A DNA stretch of 32,000 bases from Methanothermus fervidus DSM 2088 (GTDB taxonomy: Archaea > Methanobacteriota > Methanobacteria > DSM-2088 > Methanothermaceae). Positions 1 through 11,329 of the stretch are shown piece after piece; position 1 is the stretch's first letter; the number at the start of each line of letters is the position of its first letter. The stretch lies in assembly GCA_000166095.1 (NCBI GenBank), contig CP002278.1, positions 780,001-812,000 on the forward strand, written 5' to 3'. The notes below the pieces were generated by a model that was not told the origin of the DNA, did not search any database, and was given only the letters and a program-made list of their open reading frames with translations. The translations under genes were made by a program, and so were the position numbers.

Positions 1-725
1 TCATTTTTCATAAAAGACAACATTGCAGAATCTATCCAAAAATAAATATTTGTAAATATTCCTGTTATACCAAAAGGTAAGGCTTCTGGTAATATTTTTT
101 TCCATAAATCAGAATTGACAGCGATACCAACTTTTAAAAATTTTGAATTACAGATAAGATATGAATAAAGTAAAGATATAAATGCTGAAAGTGTGTAGGC
201 CATTCCAATTTCAATTATTCCTAATTTTAAATATATTACACCCAAAATGAAAATAAGGAGGAGAGAGTTATTTAAGATCGTGCTTATTGTTTGATACTCC
301 ATTTTTTCAAATCCTTGGAACACGCCATAAAACACGTTATTAAAAGATTGTAGTATTACATAGATGCCAATAAGAATTGTTACAATTTTTCCATAAACAG
401 GATATTTACGGATAAAAATAATAACAAGTAAAAATGTGAAGGTTATAATCGAAAAAATTGTTTTGAGTGAAATAACGTTTCTAAATAAATTTAAAGATTT
501 TTCACGTTTTCTTGCAATTTCTCTTGTTAAATATATGCTTAGGCCTAGATCTGCAAATATACCAAATATACTTGTAATAGCAAGGGAAGCTGAAATAATA
601 CCAAATCCACCAGCACCTAAATATCTAGCCATTGCTACAGTCCATATAAATCCTGCAATGTTTGTAAAGATTGATGCCAAAAGCAACACAAATGTGTTTT
701 TTACTACTGTACGAACTTTACTCAT
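1..725 (-). CDS. Oligosaccharide/polysaccharide flippase (Wzx/MATE-like membrane protein), partial, running off the left edge
   Basis: Own reverse-strand translation from ATG at 725: MSKVRTVVKNTFVLLLASIFTNIAGFIWTVAMARYLGAGGFGIISASLAITSIFGIFADLGLSIYLTREIARKREKSLNLFRNV...; SD-like GGTGATGG upstream; typical RfbX/Wzx N-terminus and hydrophobicity. Not in the ORF track. Confidence 0.85.
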   Translation of the reverse strand, partial: MSKVRTVVKNTFVLLLASIFTNIAGFIWTVAMARYLGAGGFGIISASLAITSIFGIFADLGLSIYLTREIARKREKSLNLFRNVISLKTIFSIITFTFLLVIIFIRKYPVYGKIVTILIGIYVILQSFNNVFYGVFQGFEKMEYQTISTILNNSLLLIFILGVIYLKLGIIEIGMAYTLSAFISLLYSYLICNSKFLKVGIAVNSDLWKKILPEALPFGITGIFTNIYFWIDSAMLSFMKN

Positions 726-799
726 TCCATCACCTTTTTATTTTTTTGAATTTAAAAGTAAAAATGTGTGTTGATGTATTTTCATTAAGAGGTGGTATT

Positions 800-2113
800 T
801 TGAAAATTGGAATTATAGGTACTGGTTATGTAGGACTCACAACAGCAGTATGTTTTGCAGAGTTTGGTCATGAAGTTATGTGCAGTGATAAAGATGAAAA
901 GAAATTAAAATTATTAAAAAAATGCAAGTCTCCTATTTATGAGCCTAAATTGGAAAATCTATTACATAAAAATTTCGAAAGGCTAAAATTCACATCTAAA
1001 AATAAAGAAGTTGTGGATTTTGCTGATGCAATATTCATATGTGTAGGAACTCCTGAAAAAAATGGTAAGCCAGATCTTTCACAAGTTGAAGAAGCTGCCA
1101 GAGAAATAGCCCTATCTTTGAAAAATGATTATAAATTGATAATTGAAAAATCTACAGTCCCTGTCAATACTTATCAATGGGTAAAAAAAACCTTAAAACG
1201 CTATTCCAAATCTTCCATTAATTTTGACGTTGCATCAAATCCAGAATTCCTTAGAGAAGGATCTGCCATTGATGACTTCATGAATCCCGACCGAATAATC
1301 GTAGGAGTTGAAAATAAAAAGGCTGAAAAGATTTTAAGAAAAATTTATAAACCATTGATTAAGAAAGGTGTTCCCTTCCTTGTAACTGATCCTGCAACAG
1401 CTGAAATTATAAAACATGCATCTAATTCATTTCTTGCAATGAAAATTTCTTATATAAACATGGTTGCTAATTTGTGTGAGAAATTAGGTGTAGATGTTAC
1501 CACGGTAGCAAAAGGAATGGGATATGACCCAAGAATTGGAGATAAGTTTTTAAATGCTGGAATAGGTTATGGAGGATCTTGTTTTCCAAAAGATGTTAGG
1601 ACATTTATAAAAATAGCTGAAGAACATGGCATTAATTTTAGTTTATTACGGGAAACTGAGAAAATAAACAAAGCTCAAAGAAAAAGATTTATTGAAAAAG
1701 TTGAGAACGTACTTTGGATAAATAAAAATAAAAATATTGCAATATGGGGATTATCATTTAAACCAGGGACTGATGACATCAGGGATGCTCCATCAATTGA
1801 TATTGTATCCGAACTTTCGAAGCAAGGGGCAAACCTAAGATTATATGATCCAAAAGCTATGGAAAATTTCAAGAAGATATTCCCAGAAAGTGAGAATATA
1901 AAATATTGCAATGATAAATATGAAGCACTCAAAAATGCTGATGCACTGCTAATATTAACAGAATGGGATGAATTTAAAAATCCTAATTTTAATAAAATGA
2001 AAAAATTAATGAGGTTGCCCATAATTATCGATGGAAGAAATATTTACGAATTAGATGAGATAGAAGAAGGTTTTGAATATTATTCTGTAGGACGACGAGC
2101 GGTGAAAAAATGA
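800..2113 (+). CDS. UDP-glucose/UDP-GlcNAc(ManNAc) 6-dehydrogenase family
   Basis: [26 protein letters not shown] Rossmann motif, [14 protein letters not shown] catalytic Cys motif; TTG start behind the SD AGAGGTGG; the track ORF is extended upstream of this start. Confidence 0.93.
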   Translation: MKIGIIGTGYVGLTTAVCFAEFGHEVMCSDKDEKKLKLLKKCKSPIYEPKLENLLHKNFERLKFTSKNKEVVDFADAIFICVGTPEKNGKPDLSQVEEAAREIALSLKNDYKLIIEKSTVPVNTYQWVKKTLKRYSKSSINFDVASNPEFLREGSAIDDFMNPDRIIVGVENKKAEKILRKIYKPLIKKGVPFLVTDPATAEIIKHASNSFLAMKISYINMVANLCEKLGVDVTTVAKGMGYDPRIGDKFLNAGIGYGGSCFPKDVRTFIKIAEEHGINFSLLRETEKINKAQRKRFIEKVENVLWINKNKNIAIWGLSFKPGTDDIRDAPSIDIVSELSKQGANLRLYDPKAMENFKKIFPESENIKYCNDKYEALKNADALLILTEWDEFKNPNFNKMKKLMRLPIIIDGRNIYELDEIEEGFEYYSVGRRAVKK

Positions 2114-3054
2114 GAATACTCATAACAGGTGTCGCTGGCTTTATAGGTTCACATTTAGCTGAAAGGTTTATAAAAGAGGGTCATAAAGTTTTAGGAGTCG
2201 ATAATTTCATTACAGGTAATTTTAGGAATATAAAAAAGTTAGTTAAATCGCCTAATTTCAAATTTAAAAAATTAGATATCTCAAAAAAAACTATAGATTT
2301 TGATGCAGATATTGTAATGCATTTTGCTTCTCCAGCAAGCCCTGTTGATTATTATAGATATCCACTAGAAACTTTGAAGGCAGGTTCGTATGGTACATTC
2401 AATACATTGAATATAGCAAGAAAAAATGATGCAAGGTATATTTTAGCATCTACTTCTGAAGTTTATGGAGATCCAGAAGTACACCCACAAAAGGAATCAT
2501 ATTGGGGTAATGTAAATCCTATTGGACCTAGGGCAGTGTATGATGAGGCTAAAAGATTTGCTGAGGCCACAACCGCAGCATATCATAGAGAATTTGGATT
2601 AGATACAAGGATAATAAGAATATTTAACACTTATGGACCTAGAATGAAGCCAGACGATGGCAGAGTTATTCCAAATTTCATAACACAGGCATTAAAAGGA
2701 GAAAAAATAACAGTTTATGGAGATGGTACCCAAACAAGGAGTTTTTGTTATATAGACGATTTAGTGGAAGGTATTTACAGATTGTCAATTAAAGACAACT
2801 TAGATGGTGAAGTTGTAAATCTCGGAAACCCTGAAGAATATAGGATAATTGATTTAGCAAAACTTATAATTGATCTTGTAGGTAAAGATTTGGAGATAAC
2901 ATATAAAAAGTTACCAAAAGATGATCCAAAACGCAGAAGGCCTGATATTACCAAAGCCAAAAAATTAATTGGATGGGAACCAAAAACTCCATTGAAAATA
3001 GGACTAAAAAAAACGATAAAATACTTTAAAAAAATATTGGGTGAAAAAACATGA
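2110..3054 (+). CDS. NAD-dependent SDR epimerase/dehydratase, UDP-glucuronate decarboxylase (UXS)-like
   Basis: [20 protein letters not shown], YxxxK motif ([10 protein letters not shown]), [22 protein letters not shown] typical of UXS-like SDRs; follows a UDP-sugar dehydrogenase. Confidence 0.85.
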   Translation: MRILITGVAGFIGSHLAERFIKEGHKVLGVDNFITGNFRNIKKLVKSPNFKFKKLDISKKTIDFDADIVMHFASPASPVDYYRYPLETLKAGSYGTFNTLNIARKNDARYILASTSEVYGDPEVHPQKESYWGNVNPIGPRAVYDEAKRFAEATTAAYHREFGLDTRIIRIFNTYGPRMKPDDGRVIPNFITQALKGEKITVYGDGTQTRSFCYIDDLVEGIYRLSIKDNLDGEVVNLGNPEEYRIIDLAKLIIDLVGKDLEITYKKLPKDDPKRRRPDITKAKKLIGWEPKTPLKIGLKKTIKYFKKILGEKT

Positions 3055-3881
3055 AAGACGTTGCGGTTGCTTATAGAATCTACCCAGGAGTTTCTAAAAC
3101 ACCTGCAATATTTCAGGAGGATAAATATAAACTTTCAAAATTATGTTTGGAATCATTTAGAGAGTCTCTTGGGGATTTAGATGTGAAAATTTTTGCAATT
3201 TTAGATGGCTGTCCTGATAGATATGTGGATTTATTTAAGGAATATTTTAATGATATCGAATTTATTAGGTTAGATTCAGTAGGTAACCAGAAAACATTTG
3301 AAAAACAAATAAATTTACTTTTAAATCAAAAAGACTCTGACATTGTTTATTTTGCTGAAGATGATTATTTTTATTTACCAAACACGTTTGAAGAAATGAT
3401 AGAATTTCTTGAATATGAAGACGTTGATTTTGTAACTCCTTATGACCACTTGGATTACTATGAACATCCTCTACATCAGCATAGAAAAGAAAAAAGGACA
3501 TACAAAGGTAGAATATGGAGGACTGTTGCATCCACATGCTTAACTTTCTTAACAAGTAAAAAAGTGCTTAAGGAAACCAAAAAAATAATGGAAAGTTATG
3601 TACATGGAAATCATGATGCTAGCCTATGGATAAGTTTAACAAAAATAAATATAAACCCTCTGAAGTGTTTAAAATCACGGGAAATGAGGTATATAATTTA
3701 TTTAGCTTGGAAATATTGTTGGAAACAAATATTATTTGGAAAGAGATATAAACTCTGGGCTCCTAAGCCATCAATAGCTACACATATGGAAAGTACGAAA
3801 TTAGCTCCAAGTGTAAATTGGAAAAAGTTAATAATGGCTAAAGCTAAGAAGATTGACCCTGAATGTAAATTTGTTGTTTAA
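3051..3881 (+). CDS. Glycosyltransferase family 2-like protein
   Basis: [39 protein letters not shown] (acidic nucleotide-sugar/metal motif) within a polysaccharide gene cluster. Confidence 0.7.
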   Translation: MKDVAVAYRIYPGVSKTPAIFQEDKYKLSKLCLESFRESLGDLDVKIFAILDGCPDRYVDLFKEYFNDIEFIRLDSVGNQKTFEKQINLLLNQKDSDIVYFAEDDYFYLPNTFEEMIEFLEYEDVDFVTPYDHLDYYEHPLHQHRKEKRTYKGRIWRTVASTCLTFLTSKKVLKETKKIMESYVHGNHDASLWISLTKININPLKCLKSREMRYIIYLAWKYCWKQILFGKRYKLWAPKPSIATHMESTKLAPSVNWKKLIMAKAKKIDPECKFVV

Positions 3882-4794
3882 ACCATTCTATTGTTTCTTT
3901 TAGTTGTTCTTTAAAATTCCCTGGCTTAAATTTCAATTTTGATTTTAATAGGCTAATGTCTGCCCATGAATGTTTAATATCTCCTGGTCTAGGGTCTGTG
4001 TATATAGGTTCAACCTCTACATCTAAAATCTCCTTAATTAATCTAAATAATTTATTTACAGAGATGGATTCTCCTCTAGCAACGTTCAATACACCTGTAA
4101 AATTTGACTCTGCAACCTTTATATTTATTTTCACAACGTCTTTAACATAAATAAAATCTCTTGTTTGGGTACCATCTCCATAAATTTTTGGAGGCTCATT
4201 TTTAATCATTTTATAAATAAATTTAGGAATAACTGCTGCATATTGTGAATGTGGATTTTGTTTTGGCCCAAAAACATTAAAATATCTCAAAGAAACTGTT
4301 TTTAAGCCATACACTTCATTAAACACCTTACAATATAATTCAGATGAAGCTTTAGACGCTGCATATGGTGACAAAGGATTCAAAGAATCGTCTTCTGAGA
4401 GTGGTAAATTAGGATTGTCACCATATACTGCAGAAGATGATGCATTTATGACTTTTTTAACATCTGTGTCTCTAGCTGCTAATAATACTTTTAAAGATCC
4501 AGTTACATTAACTTTATGACATTCTATGGGATTTTCAATACTTCTAGGTACACTTGCTATTGCTGCATGATGAAAAACATAATCTTTATCTTCAAATATT
4601 TTTTTTAAATTGACTTCATTAATGTCTTTCATTATGACCTCTATATTCTCGTTTTCTAAATTTTTCAAATCACCTGTTGATCCATTGTCTATCACTGTAA
4701 CTTCATTATTTTTAGATAATTCATTGGCTAAGTGAGAACCAATGAACCCTAAACCCCCCGTTATCACTATTTTTTTATCTTTCATTGTAGACAT
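3844..4794 (-). CDS. NAD-dependent epimerase/dehydratase, UDP-glucose 4-epimerase-like
   Basis: [40 protein letters not shown] (YxxxK), YFNVFGPKQNP; SD GGGAGGTAA upstream of the chosen ATG. Confidence 0.88.
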   Translation of the reverse strand: MSTMKDKKIVITGGLGFIGSHLANELSKNNEVTVIDNGSTGDLKNLENENIEVIMKDINEVNLKKIFEDKDYVFHHAAIASVPRSIENPIECHKVNVTGSLKVLLAARDTDVKKVINASSSAVYGDNPNLPLSEDDSLNPLSPYAASKASSELYCKVFNEVYGLKTVSLRYFNVFGPKQNPHSQYAAVIPKFIYKMIKNEPPKIYGDGTQTRDFIYVKDVVKINIKVAESNFTGVLNVARGESISVNKLFRLIKEILDVEVEPIYTDPRPGDIKHSWADISLLKSKLKFKPGNFKEQLKETIEWFKQQIYIQGQSS

Positions 4795-5017
4795 TAGATT
4801 ACCTCCCACTGAAAAGCTAAAGCTAAATACAAAAGAAATCTTTTTTGTTTGTCTGTTCTGTTCCTTTTATTTCTATAGCATGGTTAAACTTTTTACATAA
4901 TTCTATTCATAAATAACTTTTCACTTAATGTGAAAAATTAGTTTTGAAAAAACAATAATTTAAAAGGCAAAAAATTAGTTAAAAAAATTTAAAAAATAGG
5001 TGGAAAAATAAAAGAAG

Positions 5018-5848
5018 TTATTTTGGTTTGGCCATTAACTCTACTTTTTCTAATAATTCTCCTTTTTTACCATGTGGAGTTCTCTTTACAGTGTCATTTG
5101 ATTTTTCTATTTCTCTAGCTTCTGAAGCTAATTTAGCAGCGATTGATACCATTTCGTGTGCTGAAGCAACAATAGGTATATATTTCTCTGGATCTTGTAC
5201 CATAAAGCATCCTTTTACATCTAGATCAGCAGCTTTTGCTGCTATTTCATACGCTGCCATGGCTTTTGCTTTAGCATATGGATTTTCAAATTCTCCTGCT
5301 TCTACAGCCTTTTCACTGTCTATAATTAATTTTGGAAGTTCTATTTCTTTTCCTGCCTCAAGATCTGATATTAAATCATCTAAAGTTTTATGTATTAATC
5401 TGTATGCACCAGTACATGCTAAAACTTTAATTACATCAGCATTAAATGATGCCATTTCTGTTGGATCAAGGAATTCTCTTCTAGCACCTATCATAGGATC
5501 TGCTTCAACTATTATATATCCAAGACCCTGTTTTTCGATTTCATCTTTAACTCTTTTACCAGGAGCATCTCCTATGATAATGCTAGGTACATCGCTCTCA
5601 GATAACAATTCTCGAGCTTTTGCTGGACCTGGGGCACCAGGATTTGGACTTATGAATATCACTAAATCTCTGTCCATGTCTAACATCTTGGGTACAACAT
5701 CTTCAACTTGTTCAGGATTCATTTTTGCGCTAGATCCAATAACTCTCACATCAATGTTTGGCCTATCAGCTCTTTCATCTAAAAGAAGATCTATCACCGG
5801 AGATGTCCCAATATTTCCACATTTAATTACGCCAATTTTTACAACCAT
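5018..5848 (-). CDS. mtd: F420-dependent methylenetetrahydromethanopterin dehydrogenase
   Basis: MVVKIGVIKCGNIGTSPVIDLLLDERADRPNIDVRVIGSSAKMNPEQVE... and ISPNPGAPGPAKARELL, highly characteristic of Mtd. Confidence 0.97.
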   Translation of the reverse strand: MVVKIGVIKCGNIGTSPVIDLLLDERADRPNIDVRVIGSSAKMNPEQVEDVVPKMLDMDRDLVIFISPNPGAPGPAKARELLSESDVPSIIIGDAPGKRVKDEIEKQGLGYIIVEADPMIGARREFLDPTEMASFNADVIKVLACTGAYRLIHKTLDDLISDLEAGKEIELPKLIIDSEKAVEAGEFENPYAKAKAMAAYEIAAKAADLDVKGCFMVQDPEKYIPIVASAHEMVSIAAKLASEAREIEKSNDTVKRTPHGKKGELLEKVELMAKPK

Positions 5849-6056
5849 AAATTCACCTCAGTATTAATTATACACGAACTTATAATACATGTTTTCAATA
5901 TTAATATTTTTCGACTTATTCTTAACCATTATTCATATCTTCAACCTCTTACAAATGCTAACAGTTTAATTTTTAATTTTCCAAGATTAAAAATTTTGGG
6001 AAAACAAAATTTTTATTATTTTTCATCGAAAAATTATTTTAGAGAGAATCCTATTT

Positions 6057-6935
6057 TTGGTGATATTATTGAGAATTGTGTTAAGTAGTGAAACATCCAA
6101 CAAATTAGAAAAAATTGTTGGAAATTTAAAAGTATCTAAACATTGTGTAGGTTGTGAAGGTTTAGATATTAAAAAAGAAGATCCACAACATCATCCATCA
6201 ATTGAAATTACCCAAAAATGCAATCATAATTGTATTTTTTGTTATTCAAGATTAGTAAAAGTAAAACCAGGTATTTATGGAGATTTTGAGAAATCTAGTG
6301 CTGTAACTATAAGTCAATATGGAGAACCATTATTGTATCCAAAAACTGTTAAAAAATGTATAGAATATGTAAAATCATTTGGTTTAAGATGTGATTTACA
6401 AACTAATGGTTCTTTATTAAACAAAAAACTAATGGAAGAATTTAAGGAGTTGGGTTTAGACATTGTTATGATAAGTTTAAGTTCTTCTAATAAAGAAACA
6501 CACCAAAAAATAACAGGTGAATGGAATTTTGATAAGATATTTGAAAATATAAAAATGGCAGGAAAATATTTTTATACAATTATTAGGGCTGTACATATTC
6601 CTGGCTTTAATGATAATGAGTTAATTGAGTTAGCTAGCATGCTTAACAAAACTGAAGTAGATGAGATGATGATACATAATTTAATTATTCATAAAGGAAA
6701 CAAAGACAAAATTAAATATAATGAAAATATAGGAAGAATAAAAGATTTATTACTTTTAGTAGATGAAATACAGAAGAAGGCTCCAAAACTAAATGTCACT
6801 ATAAAAGGATGTTTGCTTACTCACTTGAAAAAAATGGATGGGTTTACTCTTGAAGGAATAACTTTTAATAGTTTTTCAGATGTCCCAACCATTAAAAGAA
6901 AATATTCTCCTTTACCCTTTGACATCGCTGATTAA
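6057..6935 (+). CDS. Radical SAM protein of unknown substrate
   Basis: CNHNCIFC (CxxxCxxC) cluster motif, [20 protein letters not shown]; true start may be an internal codon near IVLSSE. Confidence 0.85.
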   Translation: MVILLRIVLSSETSNKLEKIVGNLKVSKHCVGCEGLDIKKEDPQHHPSIEITQKCNHNCIFCYSRLVKVKPGIYGDFEKSSAVTISQYGEPLLYPKTVKKCIEYVKSFGLRCDLQTNGSLLNKKLMEEFKELGLDIVMISLSSSNKETHQKITGEWNFDKIFENIKMAGKYFYTIIRAVHIPGFNDNELIELASMLNKTEVDEMMIHNLIIHKGNKDKIKYNENIGRIKDLLLLVDEIQKKAPKLNVTIKGCLLTHLKKMDGFTLEGITFNSFSDVPTIKRKYSPLPFDIAD

Positions 6936-7969
6936 TTTTCAATAACTTCTAAATATTTCTCAAGAGCTTTAGTTAATAATTTTATACAATTCTTAACATC
7001 GTCTAAATGTGCAACACTTACTGGAGTATGGATATATCTTGTTGGAACTGAGAGAACTCCTGATGGTATACCAGCCCTAGTAAGATGTATAGCTGTTGCA
7101 TCAGTAGTTCCACCTTCACTTACTTCTAACTGATATTCTATATTTTCCTTCTCAGCAGTAGTTATTAATAATTTTCTAACTTTTGGATGTGTTATTATCC
7201 CTCTGCCACTTGCATCTGTTAAAACTATAACTGGTCCTTTACCTAATTCAACTGGTGCATCTTCTTTTTTTATTCCTGGATGATCTCCTGCTATAGTTAC
7301 ATCTAGTGCTATAGCTAAATCAGGGTTTATCTGATATGCAGAAGTTCTTGCACCTTTAAGACCTACCTCTTCTTGAACGGTTCCAACGCCATAAATAGTT
7401 GCAGAACTATCAACTTTCTTTAAAACTTCAATCATTACTAAACAACCAAGTCTATTGTCTAATGCTTTAGCTTTAAAAATTTTATCAGATAACATCTCAA
7501 AATTTCCTTCAAAGGTTATAGGATCACCCACAGATATTAATTTCTTAGCTTCTTTTTCATTTTTAACACCAATGTCTATGAACATGTTTTCATAACTTAT
7601 AACTCTCTTTCTTTCTTTAGGCTTCATTCGATGTGGTGGTTTAGATCCTATAACTCCTGTAACTGTTTTTTCACCATGAATTTTAACTGTTTGGTTTAAC
7701 AACATTTGATCGTTTATTCCTCCAATTTTAGAAAATTTAACAAAACCTTTTTTATTAATATGCTTGACCATTAATCCAATTTCATCCATGTGAGCTGCTA
7801 ACATTACTTTTTTATCTCCTCCTTTTTTTACAGCAATGAGATTTCCAAGAGAATCATATTTTACTTCATCTACATAATCCTCTATTTCATTTTTTATGAG
7901 TTCTCTTATCTTTTCTTCAAATCCAGAAATTCCGGGAGTTTCAGTTAATTTTTTTATCAATTTTTTCAT
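6932..7969 (-). CDS. M42 family metallopeptidase (glutamyl/tetrahedral aminopeptidase-like)
   Basis: [80 protein letters not shown]. Internal Met chosen as start. Confidence 0.92.
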   Translation of the reverse strand: MKKLIKKLTETPGISGFEEKIRELIKNEIEDYVDEVKYDSLGNLIAVKKGGDKKVMLAAHMDEIGLMVKHINKKGFVKFSKIGGINDQMLLNQTVKIHGEKTVTGVIGSKPPHRMKPKERKRVISYENMFIDIGVKNEKEAKKLISVGDPITFEGNFEMLSDKIFKAKALDNRLGCLVMIEVLKKVDSSATIYGVGTVQEEVGLKGARTSAYQINPDLAIALDVTIAGDHPGIKKEDAPVELGKGPVIVLTDASGRGIITHPKVRKLLITTAEKENIEYQLEVSEGGTTDATAIHLTRAGIPSGVLSVPTRYIHTPVSVAHLDDVKNCIKLLTKALEKYLEVIEN

Positions 7970-8534
7970 TTTTTTTTCCACCTTTACCAATGTTTTTCCA
8001 ATTTCTAATGATCTCATATATTTCTTCAGGAGTTTTAAAAACATGAGTATTGTTCATTTTTTTTATTCTTCTTACATGTTCTACATCATGTTTAGTTATT
8101 GTTAATTCTAGTTTTTCTCCATTAGGCAACGTTGTCAATGTTTTTCCTTCTTTAAAATCTGTTGGCATAATATAAACTGGAACTCCTGATTTTTGTGCCA
8201 TTATTGCTGCATTGGTAAGTAATGTGTCTCCAATTCTTAGAGAAATTTTTGCCACTGTATTCGACGTACATGGTGCCAATAAAAGAAAATCATATTTTCC
8301 TAATTGTATTTGCCCTGCCAAAAATGGAGAATTCGAATTAATTTCAACCCAAATTTTTCCAAAATTTTCTTCTAATTTTTCTGCTATTCCGTAATATTTT
8401 ACAACTTGTTCTCCTGCTTTCGACATGAAAACCCTTATATCAATGTCTTTGTATTTTTTCTTAATATTCTTCATGGTTTCAAAAGTTTCAACAAGTTTTT
8501 CTCCAGCTCCTGTTATTCCCCAAGCTATTTTCAT
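7941..8534 (-). CDS. Archaeoflavoprotein (AfpA/MJ0208 family; DmrB-like dihydromethanopterin reductase-type flavoprotein)
   Basis: [28 protein letters not shown]..., [43 protein letters not shown]; flavoprotein-family FMN-binding pattern. Confidence 0.82.
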   Translation of the reverse strand: MKIAWGITGAGEKLVETFETMKNIKKKYKDIDIRVFMSKAGEQVVKYYGIAEKLEENFGKIWVEINSNSPFLAGQIQLGKYDFLLLAPCTSNTVAKISLRIGDTLLTNAAIMAQKSGVPVYIMPTDFKEGKTLTTLPNGEKLELTITKHDVEHVRRIKKMNNTHVFKTPEEIYEIIRNWKNIGKGGKKNEKIDKKIN

Positions 8535-8623
8535 ATTCTTTCCTCCAACTTATACAGCATAATTAAATTCTTAAATATTTTATGGCAAAATTTTATTAGT
8601 AAATATAAAGAAAAAAATTATTC

Positions 8624-9301
8624 ATGACAAAAAGAGAAATTTTAAACAAGGCTTCATTGTTGCTTAACATGGGCAGGTTTAGCGATGCATTATACCTCTA
8701 CAACAAAGTTCTTGAAGAAGATCCTGACAATTGTGAGGCTCTAAACAATTCAGGTATAGCATTGCTCTTTCTAGGCAAATATGAGGAAAGTATCCAATAT
8801 TTTGATGAAGTATTAAAAATAAAAAATGATAGTGGGGCATGGATTAATAAGAGTAATGCATTAATAAACCTCGGGAGATATGAAGAAGCTATTGAATGTT
8901 GTGATAGAGCTTTAGAGATAGCAATCAATGATTCAGAAAAGGTTTATGCATTAGTAAATAAAGGTAATGCGCTTTTTAGTATTGATGAATACGATGAAGC
9001 TTTAGATTGCTATGATGAAGCATTGAAAATAAATCCAAACGACGTTGGTATATGGAACAATAAAGGTAATTTATTAAAATCAATGGGTAAGTATGAAGAA
9101 GCTATTGAATGTTTCGATAAGGCTCTGGAAATAGATCCTAGAAGTATTGGCAGTTGGTACAATAAATCATTGGCTTTGGAAGCATTAGGTGAATACGAAG
9201 AAGCTCTAAAATGTATAGAGAATGTCATTAAAGCTTATCCTGGATTTAAACCTGCCATGAAAATAAAAGAAAAGCTTAAAAAGAAATTGAAAAATGAATA
9301 A
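8624..9301 (+). CDS. Tetratricopeptide repeat protein
   Basis: About six tandem 34-aa TPR units, e.g. YEEAIECFDKALEIDPRSIGSWYNKSLALEALGE. Confidence 0.93.
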   Translation: MTKREILNKASLLLNMGRFSDALYLYNKVLEEDPDNCEALNNSGIALLFLGKYEESIQYFDEVLKIKNDSGAWINKSNALINLGRYEEAIECCDRALEIAINDSEKVYALVNKGNALFSIDEYDEALDCYDEALKINPNDVGIWNNKGNLLKSMGKYEEAIECFDKALEIDPRSIGSWYNKSLALEALGEYEEALKCIENVIKAYPGFKPAMKIKEKLKKKLKNE

Positions 9302-9338
9302 AATTTTGTGTGAAAAATTAACTAGGTGGAAGGGAAAA

Positions 9339-9662
9339 ATGAAAGAGGAAGTTTTTTATGCAAAAGGAGTTAAGTATATAAAGGAGGAATATCCTGAAAT
9401 ATATGAAAGTCTTGTCAAGTTAAATGAAGCTGTTTACACAGGAAAGGTTTTAGATTATAAGACACAAAAGTTAATAGCTTTGGGAATAACTGCAGCTAAA
9501 TCTGATGATAGAGCCATTAGGCAACAAATAAAAAGCGCTATAGAGGAATTTGGAGTCACAAAAGATGAAATTATGGATGTATTAAGAGTTGTGTTATTAA
9601 CATCTGGAAATCCTCCATTTATGAAGGCAGTGAAAATATTACATGAAGTTTTAGAAGAATAG
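9339..9662 (+). CDS. Carboxymuconolactone decarboxylase (AhpD)-like family protein lacking the CxxC active site
   Basis: [82 protein letters not shown]...; SD TAGGTGG upstream of the chosen ATG. Confidence 0.65.
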   Translation: MKEEVFYAKGVKYIKEEYPEIYESLVKLNEAVYTGKVLDYKTQKLIALGITAAKSDDRAIRQQIKSAIEEFGVTKDEIMDVLRVVLLTSGNPPFMKAVKILHEVLEE

Positions 9663-9673
9663 AGGTGCAAAAA

Positions 9674-10222
9674 ATGATGTATAAATACATCAGAGAAGCA
9701 TGGAAAAGGCCAAAAGATTCATACGTCAAAGAAATAATGATGGAAAGAGCCCCAAAATGGAGAAGAGAAAATGCAGTTCAAAAAATAAAAAGACCAACCC
9801 GTATAGACCGTGCTAGATCTTTAGGGTACAAATCAAAACAGGGATTTGTTGTTGCACGTGTTCGCGTTAAAAGAGGAGGTAGAAAAAAATCTAGATTTAA
9901 AGCAGGAAGAAGACCAAAAAGGATGGGAGTCAAAAAAATAACTTCTAAAAAGAGCCTTAAGAGAATCGCAGAAGAAAGAGCAGCAAGAAAATTCCCAAAT
10001 CTCGAAGTCTTAAATTCATATTGGGTGTGGGAAGATGGTGTATACAAATGGTTTGAAGTTATATTAGTCGATCCACACCATCCTGTTATAAAGAGTGATC
10101 CTGATATTAACTGGATATGTGAACCACAGCATCGAGGACGTGTATTTAGAGGTTTAACTAGCGAAGGCAGAAAGAATAGAGGATTAAGAAAGAAAGGAAA
10201 AGGCGCTGAAAAAGTAAGATGA
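9674..10222 (+). CDS. rpl15e: 50S ribosomal protein L15e
   Basis: [71 protein letters not shown]. Confidence 0.97.
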   Translation: MMYKYIREAWKRPKDSYVKEIMMERAPKWRRENAVQKIKRPTRIDRARSLGYKSKQGFVVARVRVKRGGRKKSRFKAGRRPKRMGVKKITSKKSLKRIAEERAARKFPNLEVLNSYWVWEDGVYKWFEVILVDPHHPVIKSDPDINWICEPQHRGRVFRGLTSEGRKNRGLRKKGKGAEKVR

Positions 10223-10638
10223 TACATAATATTTCTTATAGGGTTTTTGTACATGCAACAGAAAATGAAGACAAGGTCTTAGAAGCTCTTAGGACAATTA
10301 TCCCCAATGCAAAACCAGAGAAAGAAGAAATAGAAGGTCACCATCATAATCCAATTCTTGTAATGAAAGAAAAGATAACTGACAAAAAAACAATTAAAAA
10401 GTTTATTGAAACAATGAAGGAAATAGGTAAAGAGATAAACAATGACCTTGAGAACATGATTGATAACCATGCAAATTTATTTTTGAGATTTGATAAACAA
10501 GAAGCATATAAAGGAAGAATAAAGTTAACAACGCATGGTGATGCAATCCATATAAAAGCAAAAATAAAGGCATATCCAGCAAAGAAATCTGTAGCCATAA
10601 AAAAACTTAGAGAATTTTTGACAAATGAAGTTCTATGA
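10219..10638 (+). CDS. RNA-binding/exosome-associated protein of the COG1325 family
   Basis: [49 protein letters not shown]...; syntenic position between rpl15e and rnp3. Confidence 0.85.
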   Translation: MIHNISYRVFVHATENEDKVLEALRTIIPNAKPEKEEIEGHHHNPILVMKEKITDKKTIKKFIETMKEIGKEINNDLENMIDNHANLFLRFDKQEAYKGRIKLTTHGDAIHIKAKIKAYPAKKSVAIKKLREFLTNEVL

Positions 10639-11329
10639 GTTATGTATTGTTGGCAGTGACTATGATTCTGATCTACAACTTTTATTTGAAAGTAAAAGGC
10701 TAGGTTATACAGGGGCATGTATCAAATACTCTCCAAATAATTTACCTGAAAAATCATATTTTAAAGATCTTGAAGAGGAAGTTGGAATAAAGGTAATACC
10801 TCGGATAGAACTTAAACCTGAAAATTTTCCAGATCTTAGAAAGAAAGTAAATAAATATAGAGATAAATACAAAGATTACTTGATATCAATACATGGAGGA
10901 ACTATAAAAGTTAATCGTGCTGCTTGTGAAAATTTACGGGTAGATATTCTTTCACATCCTTATCGTGGTAGAAGAGACCCAGGAATGGACCATATACACG
11001 CACGTGCAGCAAGTAGGAACAACGTTGCAATAGAATTATCACTGAGAGATCTCATAATGTCATGGTCAAATGTAAGAGCAAAACTGATGCAACATTTTAG
11101 AGATATAATAAAGTTACATCGTAAATTTAAATTTCCACTCATAGTTTCAAGTGAAGCAAAATCTCCATATGATTTAAGGAAACCAAAGGATATAATGTCT
11201 ATTTTAGAATGTTGTTTTGATCTTTCTAAAGAGGAAATAATTAACATAGTTCTCAAGACACCAATAGATATCATTAAATTTAATGAAGAAAGACCTAAAA
11301 TGGTAGTATTAGGTGTCAAAGTTTTATGA
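10625..11329 (+). CDS. rnp3: RNase P protein component 3 (Rpp30 homolog)
   Basis: TIM-barrel/PHP-like Rpp30 family pattern: VDILSHPYRGRRDPGMDHIHARAASRNNVAIELSLRDLI; synteny. Confidence 0.93.
   Translation: MKFYELCIVGSDYDSDLQLLFESKRLGYTGACIKYSPNNLPEKSYFKDLEEEVGIKVIPRIELKPENFPDLRKKVNKYRDKYKDYLISIHGGTIKVNRAACENLRVDILSHPYRGRRDPGMDHIHARAASRNNVAIELSLRDLIMSWSNVRAKLMQHFRDIIKLHRKFKFPLIVSSEAKSPYDLRKPKDIMSILECCFDLSKEEIINIVLKTPIDIIKFNEERPKMVVLGVKVL

Noticed and set aside
436-774. 112-aa + strand ORF in the track
   Set aside because: Antisense to the clearly coding flippase on the - strand; low-complexity, no family resemblance.
671-799. N-terminal 43-codon extension of the UDP-sugar dehydrogenase ORF
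   Set aside because: Precedes the obvious SD + TTG start and conserved [11 protein letters not shown]; overlaps the flippase start antisense; not real coding.
4810-5017. AT-rich spacer between the epimerase and mtd as a possible ncRNA or element
   Set aside because: Only A/T-rich unstructured sequence with promoter-like features; no specific signal.
5028-5867. 279-aa + strand ORF opposite mtd
   Set aside because: Long shadow ORF of the highly constrained mtd gene; Ser/Ile/Phe-rich with no recognisable motif.
8624-9301. DNA-level tandem similarity of about 102 nt units
   Set aside because: Explained by TPR protein repeats, not a satellite or CRISPR array.
9778-10254. 158-aa - strand ORF opposite rpl15e, and similar shadow ORFs (8212-8394, 8698-8928, 12215-12616, 15128-15616, 17631-18065, 25753-26043)
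   Set aside because: All lie antisense to confidently identified genes; compositions are typical of reverse-complement AT-rich coding.
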